NCBI RefSeq assembly: GCF_964204645.1
Contig: NC_134028.1
Location: forward strand, 19,599,653-19,663,652
Source: Tubulanus polymorphus
Lineage: Eukaryota > Animalia > Nemertea
Length of the DNA: 64,000 nucleotides
Reading direction: 5' to 3'
The position numbers and the translations under genes are program-made. Position 1 is the stretch's first letter. Each line of letters starts with the position of its first letter. The notes below the pieces were generated by a model. It was not told the origin of the DNA and made no database searches. It worked only from the letters and a program-made list of their open reading frames with translations. Positions 58,382-64,000 of the stretch are shown piece after piece.

Positions 58382-60225
58382 TAAATGACAGGGAAAATCC
58401 CTATATTAGATGAAAAATAACCACTGTGCCTGGTATTGGGTGGCAGTTTGGGGATATGAACGGATGCCCAAGTTCATGCTGTTACCAGACTTCCTATTTA
58501 CGTAGATGCTTTCGTCACAAATAATGTATAGAATAGAGGATAGGTGAAAGTGACGTATCTATCTACGCAGGGAAACTCCATATAGCGCGGCCTTGAGCTA
58601 TGGCTAAATCCAAGTATTATATCTAGTACTCGTAACGTGTGACGAGTGTAGGTACGTGGAAATGTCATACACAGTTCGGTGGCATGTTGTGAAGAGTAAC
58701 TACGTCACAAATTTTGATGCCAGGCTATATAGAAGTGAGGACACGTCAGTTAAAACGTGAGGACTCGTCAGTTAAAACGATACGAAAAGGGATGGTTTTT
58801 AGTTTTTGGAGAGAGAGTAGTTTCAGTCTAGTTTTGGGAGACAGTGAGTAGTGAAGAAAGGGAGATTTTGTGAAGATTAAAACGATGGACTCATAGATGT
58901 AATGTGTTCTACACTAGTAATTTTCTCCGAGAGGATTTATACCAAAAGTAACGAAACCAGGGAGCTTATGCACCCAAGATGAATAAACACGAATAAACAA
59001 CCAAACGAACACTGTTGGAGAACATTGGTCCATCCTTAACCTTCTCTCAGCCAAACGATCGGTGGTTGGTGAGTGTTGCGTAAATGTGAGATACATGTAC
59101 ATTTCAGTTATTGTTATTTTCCTGACAGTCATTTACACCCATTCAACGTAGAATTTGTTGAATAAATGTTGCGTTGCTCAGAAACCCTGTATGTATTTGT
59201 GTTTTGTATCAACACAGTGAAGCTAGAAAACGTTTCTTTTAGAAATGTGTTGTACAAATAAAAAGTACGGACGACATTTTTGCAGCAGAAAGCCTGTGTA
59301 GTTTTATTCACTTTGTATAAATCCAGTTAGATACTACGTATAAAGCATTATTTCAGAGGACCCAAAGCGTGGCTATAAATGAGACACACGGGTCAAGATT
59401 AGTTTATGTTTTAAAAGAAATAGTTTCCGAGCCCTCCGTGTATATCTAGGATGATAGATTATCAAAGTCATTATGTCATTCCATTAGAGTTATAGATTTC
59501 TACACAGTCTTCAGGCACGGGTGTATTGTAAGGTATCGTATTGTAGCAGTTTTTATTCTGTAACAAAGAAAAAAACACATTCAATAAATATGTCAAACAC
59601 CTTTTGTTACCAAACGTATGTCAGAGTGTATTACACCTACTGATGATGCATAGTTACATAAAATCCATAACTGGATTCGTTTATGTTCTACGGTACCCCA
59701 TTCTTATTATATACTAGTTTTGTCTATTCTTGTTTCTGGCGCTTATGCTAATGTATTGCGAGTTTATATGCTTCGTTACTTCTTCTTCTCTATTGGTCAT
59801 TCCTGATGATGGCTGTAGTTAGTCAACAGCCGTTGTGGTTTCGTTTCAATAAATGTTATCGTATATAATTCTACTGTAGGAGTTATCTATACGTGAGATA
59901 AAGATTTTCCCAGTGGTTTTCGTCGCAGGTAAAATAAATTGCCCATGGGCAAAGTGTGGTTTACCTTGAAAGCTAGAGGTTGTTTGGAGTAAGGGCATTG
60001 CTTGAAAGATCTTTTTAATACGTGACTTCAAAGTTCCACAAGTTTATATTGTATTTTATCTTTCTAAAAGAATTATTTTGTAGTCAAATTATACCAAAGA
60101 TATACATTTGGTTACGGTCCACGTCCAAAAGTTTGTAGGGTACAGGTAGGCGTAGCAGGGAAATTATTTTATATTTTCAAAAAATATTATATTATATTTC
60201 ACAATATGAAAAAATATTCAAATAA

Positions 60226-60769
60226 GGCCATCCCAAAATAATTGTCTGTTTGCCGTAACACCGACTCAACTTTTCAGGATGAGTCGGTAGGTAAGGAAAC
60301 ATTTTTTGCTAAATTTTTGGGCAAAAAAAAACCAAATTTATCACCTTTTTACATGGAAACAATATCGCAAAAATCATCTACGTTGTGCACGGGAAATTTG
60401 TCTAATAGCGTAGATTTCGAGAATGATTCTAAAATTATAACTTCGTCCAGAGCGTCATCTCTGTGTTAAAAATGAAACAGTACATCGAATATGTGCGCGG
60501 TTTTACGTTACCAGCTTTGATATAGTCACTATGAGAATGAATGGCAGCTTATTGGAACACTGCCAGTTTCCTGGAAAACTTGAATTAGGCCACATTGACA
60601 AGGCATGTTTTCACACGATATAATACGTAGCTCATACGTAGGCAGTGGGTCGGTCGGCCGTTTTTATCAAAAATAAAATTTATTTCAATGAATCCCAGAA
60701 AAAAAGTTTTCACTCGGTACCTTTGAAGTCGGGTCGGTCGGGTAAACAGACCATTAATATGGGATGGCC
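60226..60769. mobile_element. MITE (Harbinger/PIF-like) with TAA TSD
   Basis: TAA-GGCCATCCCA..TCTGTTT.CCG / CGGGTAAACAGA..TGGGATGGCC-TAA. Architecture resembles 27324..27937. Confidence 0.75.
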
Positions 60770-61808
60770 TAAAATTCATATGATGTCACATATCAGAGGG
60801 TGGCTGAATATTGGGTCATGGAAACCTCTTCCAATGTTGGCCGCGGAAGTTAAAATACCGGTACAGAAGAAATCGGTTATTAGATCGTTTTAAATCCTGG
60901 AATTTACGACTACAATATTCAGACCTCGACCTATACTTTTAGTTTGCTGCTTAATATTTTCAGGTCACAGGAAATTACAATTTATTACAAATTCTATCAA
61001 ACAGAAAACACAGCGCTCATCTTCTGCTACGATTATTCAGGCTATTTTCATGTCAAACGCGCACGCGTTACAGCATCACCTTGAGTAGTGTACTGTACGA
61101 GCTTGTGTGTGTGTCGTGTAGCACTCTGCGCCTGTCCCAAAGATATCTCTATATGCGCACAAATCGACATACAGAAACTTCCATTGTCATATGAATCACT
61201 TATCGTGTAAAATGATGAAATGTGGATGTTGTTGTAGGTGCAGTAAGGTTGTGGTAGGCGTAATAGGTTCTACTGTCTTACTTTCAGGTGTCGTTATTGG
61301 TTGGCAACTTGCTTTAGAATAATAATGTGCGTATGAAAGTAAAAACCACAACAGTTGTCAGTTGTCCGAAAGTGAGTTGAACTCAACCAGTGGACAATTG
61401 ATGTAGTGAAAATAAAACCGTATCGTAACCATGGTATTCTCGGAAGCCAGATGCAAAAAGTTGGTGAGCTGAAAATGTAGATCACTACAATGTATACAAT
61501 TTCAGTTGTCACTCTGGCATTCATTCACTAGTTAATTTCAACCAACTTCATAGCAACTGGCCTCTGGTTACCTTCCTTGAGCTATACATTATTCCGACAT
61601 TTAACTACATCCTAATAGTCATCTTCAGAAATGCTGAACACTTCCTAATGACGATCATATGATACGGTAAAACGTCGAATAAATTGTTACTCAAGAAAAC
61701 TGTTCGATTTATTTCTCTTTACTGTATCGTTGGATCATCACCATGTTATGGCCCCTAACGGTTGACTTTACTTAACTTTCTAATTACTGACCTCATGGCC
61801 GCATTTAC

Positions 61809-62057
61809 CTGGACAACTTCTTACGTCGCAGTATTCCCAACGTACCGCTGGATCAGTGGTATAACACCAGGGTCCTCCTGTTGTATTGTCGGGGTTCCTA
61901 CAATAATTCGCAGCCGTATTCCGGTCGGAGAGCATATTGTAACGGCCATGGTTGTGAGGTGATCGAGAATTCCAGGCTTGGCACGTTTTCCCGGATCGCG
62001 CTTGATTCAAAGTTCCCCTGTATTCTGTACCCAACGTAGTCGTTTTGCATTCTTTCA
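61809..62057 (-). CDS. Host exon encoding one kringle domain
   Basis: C...GTEYRG....SGKTCQAW...NYCRNPD...GPWCYTTDP..RWEYCDVRSC with all six cysteines. Acceptor TTTCAG, donor GTAAAT; 249 nt, phase 1-1. Confidence 0.92.
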
Positions 62058-62101
62058 CTGAAATTTGTCACGGCGTAGGATATTAACTCAGAAATACAAC
62101 T

Positions 62102-62104
<3 letters not shown>

Positions 62105-62142
<38 letters not shown>

Positions 62143-63286
62143 TAATAATAATAAAAATAAAAATGAAAATGAAAATAAAAATGAAAATAAAAATGAAAAT
62201 GAAAATAAAAATGATAATAATAATAAATAATAATGATAATAAAGATAATGATAATGATAATAATGAAAATAATGATAATAATGAAAATAATGAAAATAAT
62301 GAAAATAATGAAAATAATGAAAATAATGAAAATAATGAAAATAATGAAAATGAAAATAATGAAAATAAAAATGAAAATAATGAAAATGAAAACAATGAAA
62401 ATGAAAATAATGAAAATGAAAATGAAAATAATGAAAATGAAAATAATGAAAATGAAAATGAAAATAATGAAAACGAAAATAATGAAAATGAAAATAATGA
62501 AAATGAAAATGAAAATAATGAAAATGAAAATAATGAAAATGAAAATGAAAATAATGAAAATGAAAATGAAAATAATGAAAATGAAAATAATGAAAATGAA
62601 AATGAAAATAATGAAAATGAAAATGAAATGAAAATAATGAAAATGAAAATAATGAAAATGAAAATGAAAATAATGAAAATGAAAATAATGAAAATGAAAA
62701 TAATGAAAATGAAAATAATGAAAATGAAAATAATGAAAATAATGAAAATAATGAAAATAATGAAAATGAAAATAATGAAAATAAAAATGAAAATAATGAA
62801 AATGAAAACAATGAAAATGAAAATAATGAAAATGAAAATGAAAATAATGAAAATGAAAATAATGAAAATGAAAATGAAAATAATGAAAACGAAAATAATG
62901 AAAATGAAAATAATGAAAATGAAAATGAAAATAATGAAAATGAAAATAATGAAAATGAAAATGAAAATAATGAAAATGAAAATGAAAATAATGAAAATGA
63001 AAATAATGAAAATGAAAATGAAAATAATGAAAATGAAAATGAAATGAAAATAATGAAAATGAAAATAATGAAAATGAAAATGAAAATAATGAAAATGAAA
63101 ATAATGAAAATGAAAATGAAAATAATGAAAATGAAAATAATGAAAATGAAAATAATGAAAATGAAAATAATGAAAATGAAAATAATGAAAATAATAATGA
63201 AAATAATAATGAAAATAATAATGAAAATAATGAAAATAATGAAAATAATGAAAATAATGAAAATGAAAATAATGAAAATGAAAATA
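62105..63286. repeat. Compound microsatellite (AAT)n / (AATGAA)n / (AATAATGAA)n
   Basis: Seen directly. Rare variants recur ~416 bp apart. Confidence 0.97.
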
Positions 63287-63344
63287 TTGTTTCGCGCTCG
63301 ACCTGCAACAGTACTAGTGCCACAAACTATTACCGAATGTTGGA

Positions 63345-63974
63345 TTGAAAACGATCATGGAGTGGTCTCATCGTTTACAGGAGGTTTTATCCGTAACGGT
63401 AAAAAGCAAGCCGGTGCTTATGGGCGGTGAAATCGAGGATGACGTCATCGAAACCGACGAGAGCCAATTTGGAAAGAAACGCAAGTACCACCGCGGCATA
63501 GCGTGCAAAAAACATGGTTGGGTATTCGGGCTAGTTGAGCGTGGAACCCGTAACATCCATCTGGAAATAGTGAACGATAGGAGTGCAGCGACTTTGACCC
63601 CTATTATTCAGCGAACAGTAGCGCGTGGTGCCACAATCTATTCGGACATGTGGGTATCATATGCAGGCCTTGACAATGTCGGTTACAAACATGGTACCGT
63701 GAACCATACAAAATCATTTAAGTCCGAAGAGGGTGTCGCCACCAATATGATCGAAGGTGTTTGGGGCAATGTGAAACAATAAGTGGTAGGCAGAAAAGGG
63801 TGTGTATCATCTATGTTGGGAAACTACTTAGACGAGTTCACATATCGATTCAGATTCGGGGGTGAACATGGCGATATATATGGTCAGATATTCACGGATA
63901 TTGGTATTGTGTACCCCAACAATAGCGTGACAACAATTCAATTGAATGACATGTATGCACATATTCGTCAATAG
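63345..63974 (+). pseudogene. Merlin / IS1595-family (ISXO2-like) DDE transposase, 5'-truncated, one nonsense codon
   Basis: IETDES..KRKYHRG, WVFGLVER, IYSDMW, H.TVNH, TNMIEGVW and YLDEF.YR motifs; stop at 63780-63782. Confidence 0.9.
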
Positions 63975-64000
63975 TGAATTCTTATTTACAATTTGTAACT

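Noticed and set aside
59640-61290. Additional exons of the kringle gene (59846..60031; Thr-rich stretch near 61200-61290)
   Set aside because: Frames are interrupted and splice sites are unconvincing; cannot be supported without transcript data.
62083-63430. Long ORFs (up to 407 aa) on both strands
   Set aside because: They are translations of the AAT/AATGAA microsatellite (MKIMK, FHFHY, NENEN); no coding evidence.

Overview
AT-rich animal (probably invertebrate) genomic DNA dominated by nested mobile elements. The centrepiece is a complete but decaying Polinton/Maverick-type endogenous virus (copy B, 28553-49531). It has an exact 6-bp target-site duplication (TACAGT), ~690-bp TIRs, and genes for protein-primed PolB, a chromodomain integrase, a packaging ATPase, major and minor capsid proteins, an HNH nuclease and several membrane proteins; no adenain-type protease is recognisable. 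A ~4.9-kb Helentron-like element interrupts it. A second copy of the family (A, 1-5327, opposite orientation, running off the window) is inserted in a CR1/L2-type LINE, which abuts a third, divergent pPolB fragment (C, ~7645-8640). Three features of the family stand out. (1) Each terminus is a 152-189-bp imperfect palindrome whose stems differ between A and B yet stay complementary, with a conserved loop and conserved mismatches. (2) The TIR encodes a double C2H2 zinc finger that forms the N-terminus of two different genes. (3) Two upstream motifs separate replication genes from virion genes and resemble early and late promoters of large cytoplasmic DNA viruses. The rest of the window holds other LINE fragments, Harbinger and Merlin relics, DIRS/BEL fragments, MITEs, a 1475-bp tandem duplication, a long AAT/AATGAA microsatellite, and two host exons (ankyrin repeat; kringle). 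Family assignments come from recognising motifs by eye; no database searches were run.
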